61,032 nucleotides of DNA from Actinomycetes bacterium. Lineage in GTDB: Bacteria; Actinomycetota; Acidimicrobiia; Spongiisociales; SHLN01. The stretch lies in assembly GCA_024638625.1 (NCBI GenBank), contig JAHEJY010000002.1, positions 1 to 61,032 on the forward strand, given 5' to 3'. The position numbers and the translations under genes are program-made. This document shows positions 36,552 through 47,321 of the stretch, one piece after another (positions within the stretch are counted from its first letter, which is position 1; each line of letters opens with the position of its first letter). The notes beneath the pieces are model-generated. The model made no database searches, had not been told where the DNA came from, and saw nothing but the letters and a program-made list of their open reading frames with translations.

Positions 36552-38396
36552 CTAATGGAGTGCAGCGTACAAGTTTATGGCCACGTTCTGGGGGACCACC
36601 TCCGCCAACTCTTCCAGGGGCGCCTCCCTCATCTTCTTGACCGACTTGAACTTCTTCACGAGAGCCTGTTTGCGGCTGGGCCCGACGCCGGGCACGTCAT
36701 CGAGGATCGAATCCACCATGCTCTTGCCCCGGATCTTTCGGTGATACGTGATAGCGAATCGATGGGCCTCATCGCGGATCCGTTGCAAGAGATAGAGCGC
36801 GTCTTCACCGCGGGGGATGCGCACAGGTTCTGCGCGACCAGGCAGATACACCTCCTCCATTCTCTTCGCCAGACCGGCGATCGGGATATCGATCCCCAAC
36901 TCCCCCAAAGCCTTCACTGCACTCGAAACCTGACCCTGTCCACCATCCACGAGCACCAGAGACGGCGGGTAGGCGAAACGGCCTCGTTCTTCGATCGGCA
37001 GCTTCAGCTCCTCTAGATATCGGTTGAAGCGGCGACGCAGCACCTCTTCCATCGAGGCGAAGTCGTCCTGACCGTCGACCGACTGAATACGAAAATGGCG
37101 GTAGTCACTCTTACGAGGAAGTCCGTCCTCGAGAACGACCATCGATGCAACGGTGTTGGTGCCCTGGACAGTCGAAATGTCGTAGCATTCGATCCGGAGC
37201 GGCGCTTCCGGCAGATCGAGGTGCTCCTGGAGACTGCGAAGAGCCCTGGCGCGGGCATTGTGGTCGGATTGCCGCCGCAACCGGTGGCGGGCGAACTCCT
37301 CGCGGGCATTTGCCTGGGCCGTTTCCATCAGGCGCGCTTTTGCGCCGCGGGCGGGTACCCGAATAGTCACGGTAGAGGATCGACGACCGCTCAGCCATCT
37401 TTCCCACACCCGGTTATCGGGGGGCAACTCCTCTACGAGGACAACGGGAGGCGGCGGATCAGATCCATAGAGCTGGGCGATCATCCTCGAGATCAGCTCG
37501 GGGGTCGTCACGTCCTCAACCTTGTCGATGATCGTCACGATTCTGCCGACCACCCGACCGCGTCGAACATGCAGAACGGCGAGCGCTGCCTCCAAATCAT
37601 CATCGTGAAGAGCGATGAGGTCGAAATCTTCCTTCTGGTTCGAAACCATTTCCTGGACGCCCGCTGCTCTTTCCAATGCCGACAGCTGGTCTCTGAATCG
37701 GGCAGCCTGCTCATACTGGAGATCGTCTGCTGCCTCCTCCATTCCCGCTCGAAGCTCCTCGATTACGTCTGATTGGTCTCCCTGCAGGAATTCTGCGAGG
37801 CCATCGACATAGGACGCGTACGCCTCGGCCGTAACCTCCCCGACACAGGGTCCGCTGCACCGCTCAATGTGGAAGAGGAGGCACGGCCTGCCGGCTTGCT
37901 CATGGCGGCGGAACTTCGCATTGGAACAGGTTCGAACCGGAAACGTCCTCACGAGCAGATCCAGCGTCTGACGGATCGCATATGCCCTGGCATAAGGGCC
38001 GAAGTACTGCGTGCCCTTGCGCTTCTTACCGCGCATCACGAGAGCGCGGGGCCACTCCTCGGATCGGGTAATCGCCAGATACGGAAAACTCTTGTCGTCC
38101 TTGAGTCGAATATTGAAGCGGGGCAGTTCCTGCTGGATGAGGTTGTACTCCAGCATGATTGCTTCTTCCTCAGAACTGGCCACGATCCACTCCACGGACG
38201 CCGAGGCGTCGATCATCGCCCTTGTGCGCGGCGCGAGGCCAGTCCGGAAGTAGGAGGAGAGTCGCTTACGAACCGACTTGGCCTTCCCCACATACATGAC
38301 GGCACCGTGCCGATCTCGAAAGACATAGACGCCTGGAATATCCGGGATCTCCGACGGGGACGGCCAATCATCCACAATGACCGTCTTTCGAATCAT
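36552..38396 (-). CDS. uvrC: Excinuclease ABC subunit C
   Basis: 614 aa. GIY-YIG N-terminus (GVYVFRD...VMYVGKAKSVRKRLSSY), UVR domain, and C-terminal HhH. Confidence 0.95.
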   Translation of the reverse strand: MIRKTVIVDDWPSPSEIPDIPGVYVFRDRHGAVMYVGKAKSVRKRLSSYFRTGLAPRTRAMIDASASVEWIVASSEEEAIMLEYNLIQQELPRFNIRLKDDKSFPYLAITRSEEWPRALVMRGKKRKGTQYFGPYARAYAIRQTLDLLVRTFPVRTCSNAKFRRHEQAGRPCLLFHIERCSGPCVGEVTAEAYASYVDGLAEFLQGDQSDVIEELRAGMEEAADDLQYEQAARFRDQLSALERAAGVQEMVSNQKEDFDLIALHDDDLEAALAVLHVRRGRVVGRIVTIIDKVEDVTTPELISRMIAQLYGSDPPPPVVLVEELPPDNRVWERWLSGRRSSTVTIRVPARGAKARLMETAQANAREEFARHRLRRQSDHNARARALRSLQEHLDLPEAPLRIECYDISTVQGTNTVASMVVLEDGLPRKSDYRHFRIQSVDGQDDFASMEEVLRRRFNRYLEELKLPIEERGRFAYPPSLVLVDGGQGQVSSAVKALGELGIDIPIAGLAKRMEEVYLPGRAEPVRIPRGEDALYLLQRIRDEAHRFAITYHRKIRGKSMVDSILDDVPGVGPSRKQALVKKFKSVKKMREAPLEELAEVVPQNVAINLYAALH

Positions 38397-38405
38397 CCAT
38401 CGCCA

Positions 38406-39128
38406 TCATCCATCACTCGAATGTAGCTCGCCAATTCGCCACCGAATCCCCATCAATCTCGGGATGTGCCTTTGTAGATCGAGCAGTGGGATACGTTCTA
38501 CCGAGGCAGCAGGCGGTCCCTGCTCGAGGAGCAGGTCCAGCCGCAGCCCGGCCGCGGCCGCCTCGGTCAGGAGGACGCCCGCCGGACGGTGAAAGAACCG
38601 GAGGACCTTGTCGGCCACCGGCTCGTCGTGCCAACCCGTGGACAGGTATTCGCCGACCCGCCACAACACCTCAGCATCCACGGGATCGACCACCGGAGCC
38701 GACCCGGGAGCCGTCGACATCGGGTGGTTGAGCACGGCAACGAAGCGCCCACCCGTGCGCACGACCCTGGCAACTTCCTCAAATAGTTCCCCAAGCGAAG
38801 GGAGGTGTTCCAGCACGAGCACTGCGTACGCGAGGTCGAAGCCGTTCGTAGGAAGTGGGGAAAGCGCCGGAAGGTTGCCATGGACAACTTCTCCAAAACC
38901 GGAAGCATCTGCCAACAGAACCTGTGAGCTGTCGAAACCCACGATGCGGGTGGCGGATGTGCCGAGCTGGGCCATGACCCGCCCGGTGCCGCAACCGATG
39001 TCGAGGATCTCCAAACCACCCGGGTCCCCGATCAGTCGCCAGAACAGCGGATCCACCTCATCGGCGTACGCCGGGTCGTTTTCGATTTCGGCGCGCCACC
39101 ACCTGGCCAGATCATCCCACATGCTCAA
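38406..39128 (-). CDS. Class I SAM-dependent methyltransferase
   Basis: 240 aa. Motif [13 protein letters not shown] 4-nt overlap with the uvrA stop and only 9 nt before uvrC. Confidence 0.8.
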   Translation of the reverse strand: MSMWDDLARWWRAEIENDPAYADEVDPLFWRLIGDPGGLEILDIGCGTGRVMAQLGTSATRIVGFDSSQVLLADASGFGEVVHGNLPALSPLPTNGFDLAYAVLVLEHLPSLGELFEEVARVVRTGGRFVAVLNHPMSTAPGSAPVVDPVDAEVLWRVGEYLSTGWHDEPVADKVLRFFHRPAGVLLTEAAAAGLRLDLLLEQGPPAASVERIPLLDLQRHIPRLMGIRWRIGELHSSDG

Positions 39129-42001
39129 CCCGGCAAGATGTCACGCAAGAACTTGCCCGTATAGCTTTCTGCCACTGCTGCGACTTCCTCGGGAGTACCG
39201 GCGGCCACGATCCGGCCGCCCCCTTCGCCCCCCTCGGGTCCGAGGTCGATGACGTGGTCGACGGTCTTGATGACGTCGAGATTGTGTTCGATGACAACCA
39301 CGGTATTGCCGTTGTCCACCAATCGCTGCAGCACAGCCAGCAGCCGATTCACATCTTCGAAGTGGAGTCCCGTGGTCGGTTCGTCGAGTATGTAGAACGT
39401 GCGACCGGTCGCACGGCGACCAAGTTCTGCCGCCAGCTTGACCCGTTGCGCCTCTCCTCCCGAAAGGGTTGGTGCCGGCTGTCCCAGCCGCACGTAACCC
39501 AAACCAACGTCATAAAGCGTCTGCAGGATGCGCGCGATGCTCGGCTGATTGGTGAAAAACTCGAGCGCCTCAGAGACGGGCATCGCAAGCACGTCGGCGA
39601 TCGACTTGCCCTTCCACAGGATCTGGAGCGTGTCACGGTTGTACCTGGCACCCTTGCAGACCTCACAGGGGATATAGACGTCCGGCAAGAAATGCATCTC
39701 GATTTTGAGTGTGCCGTCACCTTTGCAGTGTTCGCACCTGCCGCCTTTGACGTTGAAACTGAACCGCCCGGGCTTATAACCGCGTGCTTTGGCTTCCGGG
39801 CTCGACGCGAAGAGGGTCCTGATCCGATCGAACAACTTGGTGTAGGTGGCCGCATTCGACCGGGGGGTTCGGCCGATCGGGCTCTGGTCGATGTTGATGA
39901 CCTTGTCGATCTGATTGATGCCGTTGATCCGCTTGTGACGGCCAGGCATCGTGCGTGATTTGTACAGTCTCTGCTGCAACCCGCGCCATACCACCTGTTG
40001 CACGAGTGAGCTCTTTCCCGACCCCGAAACGCCGGTGACAGCGATGAACAAGCCGAGCGGGAACTCGGCATCGATGTCCTGGAGGTTGTTCTCGAACGCT
40101 CCGATGACGCTGATGGACTTACCCTTTTGCGGGGCCCGGCGCACCAGCGGCACCTGGATTGTCCGCTTGCCTGACAAATAGTCACCGGTGACAGATTCTT
40201 TTACCTTGACGATGTCAGCAACCGTCCCCTGAGCCACGATCTCACCTCCGTGCTCACCGGCACCGGGACCGATATCGACGATGTGATCAGAGACGCGGAT
40301 CGTATCCTCGTCGTGCTCGACGACGATCACAGTGTTACCGAGATCGCGAAGGCGCAACAGGGTTTCGATCAGGCGCTGGTTGTCGCGTTGGTGAAGACCA
40401 ATCGAAGGTTCATCGAGAATGTAGAGAACGCCGACGAGGCCCGAACCGATCTGGGTCGCCAACCGGATGCGTTGGGCTTCGCCGCCCGCGAGCGTCGCTG
40501 CTCCCCGCGACAGCGACAGATAGTCGAGGCCGACATCGAGCAGGAACCGGAGCCGCGCCTTGATCTCCCGAAGGATCAGATCGGCAATTTTGGCGTCGCG
40601 CTCGTCGAGCTCGATTGTCGCAAAATGGTCAGCCGCTCTGTGCAGCGCCAGGTCCGATACCGAATGGAGTGGTTGACCGGCCACGGTCACTGCACGCGCG
40701 AACTCATTGAGCCGGGCCCCTTCGCACGTGGCGCACGGAACTTCCCGCATGAACTGCTGGTAGTAATCCCGCTGGCTGTCGGAATCTGTTTCGGTATGGA
40801 GACGTTCGACAAACGTCACAACACCCTCGTAGACGGTTGTGTAGCGCCTCAGGCGGTTCCACCGGTTTCGATACTCCACGTCTACCGGTTTGTCGGCCAG
40901 CCCGTGAAGCATGATGTCTCGCTGCTTTTTCGTCAGTTTTTTCCAGGGCCTGGTCGTGTCGATTCCCACCGAATCGGCGGCAGCTTCCAACACGCGCTTG
41001 TAATACCGGTCGCTGTTGCCCGCCCACACGGCAATGGCACCGTCATCGATGGACCGGTCCTTGTCTGGGATGATGAGGTCGGGGTCAACCTGAAACCGGG
41101 TCCCGAGACCGGAACAAGCCGGGCATGCTCCGTAAGGACTGTTGAACGAGAAATTCCGCGGTTGCAGCTCGTCAAACGACAAACCATCCACCTCGCAGGC
41201 CAGATGCTGACTGAAGGTCAAGGTCTCGCCATCGATGATCTCAACCATGGCAACGCCTTCGGCTAGCCCGAGCGCGGTTTCCAGGGAGTCGGTGAGCCGG
41301 CGGTTGATACCCGGTTTGGCAACCAGGCGGTCCACCACGACTTCGATGTCATGCTGGTAATACCGGTCGAGCTTGATGTCGTCCGTGACATCGACCACCT
41401 CACCGTCTACCCGGGCGCGGCTGAACCCTTGCTTGGCGAGATCCCGAAAGAGATTCTCGAACTCCCCTTTTCGGCTTCGCACGATGGGCGCCAGGATTTG
41501 GAACCTCGTGCCTTCGTCCAGATCTGCCACCTGATCGACGATCTGTTGAGGGGTTTGGCGTTTCACGACCCGGCCGCATTTGGGACAGTGCGGCACACCT
41601 ATCCGCGCATACAGCAGGCGCAGATAATCGTGGATTTCCGTAACGGTCCCGACCGTTGATCGTGGATTGCGGCTGGCCGTTTTCTGATCGATCGAAATCG
41701 CAGGCGACAGTCCCTCGATGAACTCGACATCGGGTTTCTCCATCTGACCGAGGAATTGCCGCGCGTAGGCGGAAAGACTCTCGACGTAGCGGCGTTGGCC
41801 CTCCGCGTAGATCGTGTCGAAGGCGAGACTCGACTTGCCGGAACCAGACAATCCAGTGAACACAATGAGCTGGTCTCGCGGTAATTCGAGCGCCAGGTTC
41901 TTGAGGTTGTGCTCCTTGGCTCCCCGGATAATGATGCTCTGGTCAGCGCGACCCATCAGACGTCCATTCGTGATCGATGACCCGCCAGCACCCTGATGCA
42001 T
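39125..42001 (-). CDS. uvrA: Excinuclease ABC subunit A
   Basis: 958 aa. Two ABC modules (GLSGSGKSS; GVSGSGKSS), zinc-finger cysteines, LSGGEAQR twice. Confidence 0.96.
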   Translation of the reverse strand: MHQGAGGSSITNGRLMGRADQSIIIRGAKEHNLKNLALELPRDQLIVFTGLSGSGKSSLAFDTIYAEGQRRYVESLSAYARQFLGQMEKPDVEFIEGLSPAISIDQKTASRNPRSTVGTVTEIHDYLRLLYARIGVPHCPKCGRVVKRQTPQQIVDQVADLDEGTRFQILAPIVRSRKGEFENLFRDLAKQGFSRARVDGEVVDVTDDIKLDRYYQHDIEVVVDRLVAKPGINRRLTDSLETALGLAEGVAMVEIIDGETLTFSQHLACEVDGLSFDELQPRNFSFNSPYGACPACSGLGTRFQVDPDLIIPDKDRSIDDGAIAVWAGNSDRYYKRVLEAAADSVGIDTTRPWKKLTKKQRDIMLHGLADKPVDVEYRNRWNRLRRYTTVYEGVVTFVERLHTETDSDSQRDYYQQFMREVPCATCEGARLNEFARAVTVAGQPLHSVSDLALHRAADHFATIELDERDAKIADLILREIKARLRFLLDVGLDYLSLSRGAATLAGGEAQRIRLATQIGSGLVGVLYILDEPSIGLHQRDNQRLIETLLRLRDLGNTVIVVEHDEDTIRVSDHIVDIGPGAGEHGGEIVAQGTVADIVKVKESVTGDYLSGKRTIQVPLVRRAPQKGKSISVIGAFENNLQDIDAEFPLGLFIAVTGVSGSGKSSLVQQVVWRGLQQRLYKSRTMPGRHKRINGINQIDKVINIDQSPIGRTPRSNAATYTKLFDRIRTLFASSPEAKARGYKPGRFSFNVKGGRCEHCKGDGTLKIEMHFLPDVYIPCEVCKGARYNRDTLQILWKGKSIADVLAMPVSEALEFFTNQPSIARILQTLYDVGLGYVRLGQPAPTLSGGEAQRVKLAAELGRRATGRTFYILDEPTTGLHFEDVNRLLAVLQRLVDNGNTVVVIEHNLDVIKTVDHVIDLGPEGGEGGGRIVAAGTPEEVAAVAESYTGKFLRDILPG

Positions 42002-42082
42002 GGTCCCTGGGCGGGGTGAGGGGCCCCTCGACCCGTCGCTTCGGAGGAGATTCTATGTCGCGTACCGTTGGGAGCCGGACCC

Positions 42083-44083
42083 TCATCCGGTCGCAGCCAC
42101 CATTTCGCGCAATTCTCGCTTCAGATCCTCCACCTCGTCCCGAATCCGGGCTGCGTATTCGAATCTCAGCTCACGGGCAGCTTCGTGCATCTCGTCTTCG
42201 AGGCTCTGAATCAGTCTGCGGAGGTCATCGGCCGGAAGAGCGAGAGGTTCCCGCTCTTCGCGGCGCCGACGGTCGACAGAATCTCCCGATCCGCTACCAA
42301 CGAGCTCGAGGATGTCGGAAATGTTCTTGCGGACGGTCACCGGGTCGATGCCGTGCTCTTCATTGAAAGCCTGCTGCGTGGCGCGTCTGCGATTGGTCTC
42401 GTTGATGGCATACTGCATCGAGTCCGTGACCTTGTCGGCATACATCACGACCTGCCCGTTGACATTGCGGGCGGCGCGCCCGATGGTCTGGATGAGGCTC
42501 GTGGAAGATCGCAGAAATCCCTCTTTGTCTGCGTCCAGAATCGCCACCAGGGAAACCTCCGGGAGATCGAGCCCTTCGCGCAACAGGTTGATTCCGACGA
42601 GCACGTCGAACTCCCCGACCCGCAGTTCACGGAGGATTTGCACGCGTTCGAGGGTATCGATCTCTGAATGCAGATATTTGCAGCGGATGCCGAGCTCGAG
42701 CAGATAGTCGGAGAGGTCCTCAGACATCTTCTTGGTCAGCGTGGTCACGAGAACCCGCTCACCGGCTTCGGACCTGGCGTGGATTTCGGCCACGAGGTCA
42801 TCGATCTGACCTTTGGTGGGCCGAACCACGATTTCGGGGTCGATGAGCCCCGTAGGTCGCACCAATTGTTCGACCACGCTTTCGGAGTGCTCGAGCTCGA
42901 AGGGCCCCGGTGTGGCCGACATGAATACCACCTGGTTGGATTTGTCGAGCCATTCATCGAATTCGAGCGGTCGATTGTCAATCGCAGACGGCAATCGAAA
43001 TCCGTGCTCGACCAGAGTCTCTTTGCGGCTCCGGTCCCCGGCGTATTGGCCCCTGATCTGGGGAACGGTCACGTGGCTCTCGTCGATCACGGTGACGAAA
43101 TTCTCCGGGAAATAGTCGAGCAAGGTGTAAGGAGCTTCGCCGGGCCGGCGCCCATCCAGATGACGGCTGTAGTTCTCGATGCCCGAGCAGAATCCGACTT
43201 CTCGCATCATCTCCAGGTCGTAAGCGGTTCGCATGCGCAGACGCTGGGCCTCGAGCAGCTTGCCCGATTCCTCCAGGTCAGCGAGCCGATCGGCCAGTTC
43301 GATCTCGATTTCGGCGATCGCCTGGTCCATCCGCTCCTTGCTGGTCACGTAGTGGCTGGCCGGATACACCCATAACTCCTGCATCTCTTCGATGACCTCA
43401 CCGGTCAGGGGATTCATACGCAGGATCCGCTCTACCTCATCGCCGAAGTATTCAACCCGGGCCACCGTCTCTTCGTAGGCGGGAAAGACCTCCAGCGTGT
43501 CGCCTTTCACTCTGAAGTTGCCACGAGTGAGGTTGACCTCGTTGCGGTCGTACTGGATCGAGGCAAGCCGCCGCACGGCCAGCTCGAGCGGATATTCCAC
43601 GCCTCTGACAATACGAACCAGCTGTCCCTCGTATTGATCGGGCGAGCCGAGCCCATAGATACACGAGACGGAGGCCACGATGATCACGTCTTCGCGGTAT
43701 AGCAACCCCGACGTGGCGGAATGACGGAGTCGATCGATCTCGTCGTTGACCGACGAGTCTTTCTCGATATAGGTGTCGGTTTGGGGTATGTATGCCTCTG
43801 GCTGGTAGTAGTCGTAATACGAGACGAAATACTCGACCTTGTTGTTGGGAAAAAACTGCCGAAACTCGTTGGCGAGTTGCGCTGCCAGCGCCTTGTTCGG
43901 GGCGATGACGAGCGTCGGTCTTTGGACCTTTTCGATCATCCAGGCGATGGTCGCTGATTTTCCCGACCCGGTTATGCCCAGCAGCGTCTGGAACTCCTGA
44001 CCTGCCTCGATACCCTCCGCAAGCGCGTTTATGGCGTCCGGCTGGTCTCCAGACGGCTCAAAATCGGCCTCCAACTTGAACAT
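42083..44083 (-). CDS. uvrB: Excinuclease ABC subunit B
   Basis: Likely start is the ATG at 44081-44083 ([18 protein letters not shown]...GITGSGKS). It has helicase motifs and a C-terminal UVR domain. The ORF extends to 44188 through the upstream terminator, so the shorter form is preferred. Confidence 0.95.
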   Translation of the reverse strand: MFKLEADFEPSGDQPDAINALAEGIEAGQEFQTLLGITGSGKSATIAWMIEKVQRPTLVIAPNKALAAQLANEFRQFFPNNKVEYFVSYYDYYQPEAYIPQTDTYIEKDSSVNDEIDRLRHSATSGLLYREDVIIVASVSCIYGLGSPDQYEGQLVRIVRGVEYPLELAVRRLASIQYDRNEVNLTRGNFRVKGDTLEVFPAYEETVARVEYFGDEVERILRMNPLTGEVIEEMQELWVYPASHYVTSKERMDQAIAEIEIELADRLADLEESGKLLEAQRLRMRTAYDLEMMREVGFCSGIENYSRHLDGRRPGEAPYTLLDYFPENFVTVIDESHVTVPQIRGQYAGDRSRKETLVEHGFRLPSAIDNRPLEFDEWLDKSNQVVFMSATPGPFELEHSESVVEQLVRPTGLIDPEIVVRPTKGQIDDLVAEIHARSEAGERVLVTTLTKKMSEDLSDYLLELGIRCKYLHSEIDTLERVQILRELRVGEFDVLVGINLLREGLDLPEVSLVAILDADKEGFLRSSTSLIQTIGRAARNVNGQVVMYADKVTDSMQYAINETNRRRATQQAFNEEHGIDPVTVRKNISDILELVGSGSGDSVDRRRREEREPLALPADDLRRLIQSLEDEMHEAARELRFEYAARIRDEVEDLKRELREMVAATG

Positions 44084-44186
44084 GGCCGGAAGTGTACGCC
44101 GGGCCTGTGACAAGTTGTCGAGGTGGCATGCGAAGGGAGTTCGGGCCCCTTTGCGTCGATTCTGAGCGCGTCTCAGAATTGCCGAC

Positions 44187-44221
44187 AAAAAGAAAAGGCC
44201 CGGCGTTTCCGCCGGGCCTTT
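44187..44221 (-). terminator. Rho-independent terminator after the flp pilin gene
   Basis: Minus strand: AAGGCCCGGCG-GAAA-CGCCGGGCCTT followed by TTCTTTTT. The stems are at 44195-44205 and 44210-44220. Confidence 0.8.
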
Positions 44222-44243
44222 GCTCTTGATCAGCTGTTAGCTG

Positions 44244-44441
44244 CTAGTTGGTCGTCGTGGCCTGAGCCGTGTCGATCTGCGTGTTGACGGTGTCGAAGGT
44301 CTCGTCGACGTTGTCACCAACGGCGCGGACGGCCACCATGGCCACAACAGCGATCAATACAACCAACATGGCATACTCCACCATCGAGGCGCCCTCGTCG
44401 GTGTTGCGATAAACCATGAACTTGGTATAAGCCTTAAGCAT
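44244..44441 (-). CDS. flp: Flp/Fap-family type IVb pilin
   Basis: 65 aa from the ATG at 44439-44441, preceded by AAGGAGA. MLKAYTKFMVYRNTDEGASMVEYAMLVVLIAVVAMVAV... contains the Flp motif G/ASMVEY followed by a hydrophobic helix. Confidence 0.85.
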   Translation of the reverse strand: MLKAYTKFMVYRNTDEGASMVEYAMLVVLIAVVAMVAVRAVGDNVDETFDTVNTQIDTAQATTTN

Positions 44442-44606
44442 TTTGGATTTGTCTCCTTGGGTGTGTGCGTACCTTTCGTAAGTCAATGTACGGCCGATTA
44501 CGCGCTTCCCTCCATGGGTCGGAGGGACCAGATTCAAACCAGAATTCCGCCCGGAAGGGGCTATACCGTGGGGATTCGGAAGTGACTAGTCACGTCAACA
44601 AATCCC

Positions 44607-45230
44607 TTACAGGCCCAAGCGAATTGCCTCAACAGCCGCCTGGGCGCGATCGCTGACGGCCAGTTTGTCGTAAATGGAGGCGAGATGGTTCTTGACCGTT
44701 TTCTGTGAGATGAACAGCTTGTCGGCAAGTTCGTCCGTCGAAGAAACCCCGGTTGCCAGCAGCGAAAGTAACTCGCGCTCGCGGGCAGTCAAGGCGGCCG
44801 CCCCCGGGTCGAGCACGGCATCCATGTGGGGCGACAGGTCATATTCGCCATCGATGAAGCTCTCACCGGCCGCCGCCGCTCGCATGGCAGCCGCGAGCCG
44901 CGGAAGAGGGGTCGATTTGGAGAGGAAGCCAACGGCACCGGAGTCGATTGCCTGCTTGCGCACCTTCATCGATTCGTGCATTGTGACAACGATTGCCGGC
45001 GGGCCACCGCGCATGCTCCCCAACGCCTCCAGACCCGACATGCCCGGCATATCGACGTCAACCATGATGACGTCCGGAGACAGCTCGGCCAAGCGCTCGA
45101 GGAGGTCCGATCCGGAGGAAGCGGTTCCGAGCACCTGGATATCGGGAACTGCGCCCAAAGCTTGTTCCAAGCCGTCACGCAGCAGGTCGTGATCGTCTGC
45201 AATGAGAATACGGATCATCGGTGATCCCAC
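44607..45230 (-). CDS. NarL/LuxR-family response regulator
   Basis: 207 aa. REC domain (IRILIADDHDLLRDGL...DVIMVDVDMPGMSG) plus a LuxR HTH (LTARERELLSLLATGVSSTDELADKLFISQKTVKNH). Confidence 0.9.
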   Translation of the reverse strand: MGSPMIRILIADDHDLLRDGLEQALGAVPDIQVLGTASSGSDLLERLAELSPDVIMVDVDMPGMSGLEALGSMRGGPPAIVVTMHESMKVRKQAIDSGAVGFLSKSTPLPRLAAAMRAAAAGESFIDGEYDLSPHMDAVLDPGAAALTARERELLSLLATGVSSTDELADKLFISQKTVKNHLASIYDKLAVSDRAQAAVEAIRLGL

Positions 45231-46711
45231 TCGATCACAATCGACGTGCCCATCCCGGGAGAACTCTCGATCACGAGCTGAGCCTCCATTTTGCGGGCGC
45301 GCTCTCTCATACCAACAACACCGTAGTGGTTGGGCACAGGTATGTCGGGGTCGAACCCGACGCCGTCGTCGCTGATCCTCACCCGACCGAGGTCTCGATC
45401 TACGAGTCCTGAGATTCTGATTTCGTCGGAGTAGGCGTGCCTCACTGCGTTGCGCACCGCTTCGCTCATGAGCGAAGCCGCGTCGGTCCCGACGTTGGCC
45501 CTTGGGCCGCGACGCTCTTCGAGATCAACCACGATCTTCGACTCCGGATAGTCGGTCACCAGCCGGCGGGCGTGACGGAGTAGCGAGACCTTCTCATCCT
45601 GTCGCAGATCGGCAACAGTCTCGCGTACTTCCTCCACGAGGCCCTCGACGCTAGACCGCAGCGCCTGAAGATCGCCGGTTTGGCCCGGCCCGGCCTGCAA
45701 CATGGCGACGTCGAGTCCTAGTCCCAGCGACGCCAATGACGGTCCGATCTCGTCGTGCAACTCACGGGCGAGCCGGGTCCGCTCCTCCTGCACCGCCCGT
45801 TTGGCAATGTCCTGGAGAATCAAGACGTTCGAAAAGGCCAACGACATGGGCCGTACGCCGTTTTCGACGACCGAGCGTTCATGGTCGTCGAACGGCTCGT
45901 CGCGGCCCAGGACGACAATTCCGACGTCCCGATTGCCGACGGTGAGGGGTACCCGCAGGTCGTGGGCCGGTTCACCCTGGCCGGCACGCGCGACCACGAC
46001 AGGGCCGTCTGAACTGGCAATGGCCACGTGCCCGATTCGGTATTCAACAAGCGAACCCAACTGCTCGAGGGCGGTCGCTCCAACCGAGACCGGGTTCAAC
46101 TCTGCCCCATCAGCCATGTCACTCAGTCTTTGCAGCAACTGGTTGGCACTCTGGAGGCGTTCGAGGTGATCCTGGGTCTCATCCGATGCCTCCAACAAGG
46201 CTTCGGTGGTCAGCTCAGCCTCGACCAGGAGGTAACGCGCATAGGACAGCAACACCGCAACCAGCAAATAGAGGCCGCTCCAACCGAGGATCTGGGGAGC
46301 CAGGGCCTCATCGAATCCGCTGATGAGGAACAGAGCCGCGATCGAGAGGATTGCTGTTTCCAGACCGAGTCGCCATCCTGCCACCGCCCCTGCGAAGAAA
46401 ACGGGCGTGATCGTGAGGAGCAGGTATGGGCTCTCAGTCCGACCGGTCAGAAAGACAGCCATCATGGTTGCCACCGCACCGCCCACAGCGAGGATCTCCC
46501 TTGCCCATCGCGACCGGCGGACGGTCGGATGGATGCTCTGATAGGTCACGATGAAACCTGCCGCGATCAGGCCTGCAGCGATAATCGCCGGACCCGTGCC
46601 CATCTGCACGACGGAAACGAGCACGCCTAGAGCCAACGCCGTCCATTGGACGAGCGTCAAAACCCGGTCAAACCTGTCCTCCCAGTCGGAGGCCTGATCC
46701 CACATGACCAT
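45215..46711 (-). CDS. Sensor histidine kinase (multi-TM N-terminus, GAF-like domain, HisKA_3, HATPase)
   Basis: 498 aa. H-box RLARELHDEIGPSL and an ATPase region ending GMGTSIVIEW. Overlaps the response regulator gene by 16 nt. Confidence 0.88.
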   Translation of the reverse strand: MVMWDQASDWEDRFDRVLTLVQWTALALGVLVSVVQMGTGPAIIAAGLIAAGFIVTYQSIHPTVRRSRWAREILAVGGAVATMMAVFLTGRTESPYLLLTITPVFFAGAVAGWRLGLETAILSIAALFLISGFDEALAPQILGWSGLYLLVAVLLSYARYLLVEAELTTEALLEASDETQDHLERLQSANQLLQRLSDMADGAELNPVSVGATALEQLGSLVEYRIGHVAIASSDGPVVVARAGQGEPAHDLRVPLTVGNRDVGIVVLGRDEPFDDHERSVVENGVRPMSLAFSNVLILQDIAKRAVQEERTRLARELHDEIGPSLASLGLGLDVAMLQAGPGQTGDLQALRSSVEGLVEEVRETVADLRQDEKVSLLRHARRLVTDYPESKIVVDLEERRGPRANVGTDAASLMSEAVRNAVRHAYSDEIRISGLVDRDLGRVRISDDGVGFDPDIPVPNHYGVVGMRERARKMEAQLVIESSPGMGTSIVIEWDHR

Positions 46712-46725
46712 CAGGCTACAGTCAC

Positions 46726-47307
46726 GTGATGGTCCGAATTATCGTGTCCGGAGGCATTGGCTCGGGCAAGAGCACCGTGACTTCGATCATGCAGGGATTG
46801 GGGGCCGCTGTCATCCATGCAGATGAGATCGGCCATTCGGTTCTCGACCCTGAGGGAGAAGCTTTCGGAGACGTGGTGGACCGATGGCCGGCTGTGGTTT
46901 CCGACGGCCGCATCGACCGCAAGCAACTGGCGACCATCGTATTTTCCGACCCTATGGCGTTGGCCGAACTCGAAGCGTTCACGCATCCGGCCATCGGTCG
47001 GAAGCTCCGGGAGATCACCGGCTTCATTCATGCCCGGCTTCTGGTGGTGGAGATCCCGGTGTTGCGTGAGTTTCTCGATTCCGATTGGACCCGGATCGTC
47101 GTGACGGCTCATCCCGGCCTCAGGCAGGCTCGCCTCGCATCGCGCGGCATGACCATCGCAGATATCGAAGCCAGAATCGGTGCTCAACCATCCGACGCCG
47201 AGTGGATCGCCGCCGCCGACCATGTCATCGCGAACAACGGCTCCGTCGAAGAACTGGAGGAAGCGGTCCGTGCTTTCGTGCATACCCTGATCGAGACATC
47301 CGAGTAA
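46726..47307 (+). CDS. coaE: Dephospho-CoA kinase
   Basis: 193 aa. VSGGIGSGKSTV P-loop. GTG at 46726, or ATG at 46729. Confidence 0.9.
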   Translation: MMVRIIVSGGIGSGKSTVTSIMQGLGAAVIHADEIGHSVLDPEGEAFGDVVDRWPAVVSDGRIDRKQLATIVFSDPMALAELEAFTHPAIGRKLREITGFIHARLLVVEIPVLREFLDSDWTRIVVTAHPGLRQARLASRGMTIADIEARIGAQPSDAEWIAAADHVIANNGSVEELEEAVRAFVHTLIETSE

Positions 47308-47321
47308 CGGTGCCGACCCTC

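Noticed and set aside
42002-44190. Looked for LexA/SOS boxes (TCGAAC-N4-GTTCGA, or CGAAC-N4-GTTCG) upstream of uvrA, uvrB and uvrC, and elsewhere.
   Set aside because: No convincing match was seen by eye. Only isolated TCGAAC half-sites occur, inside coding regions.
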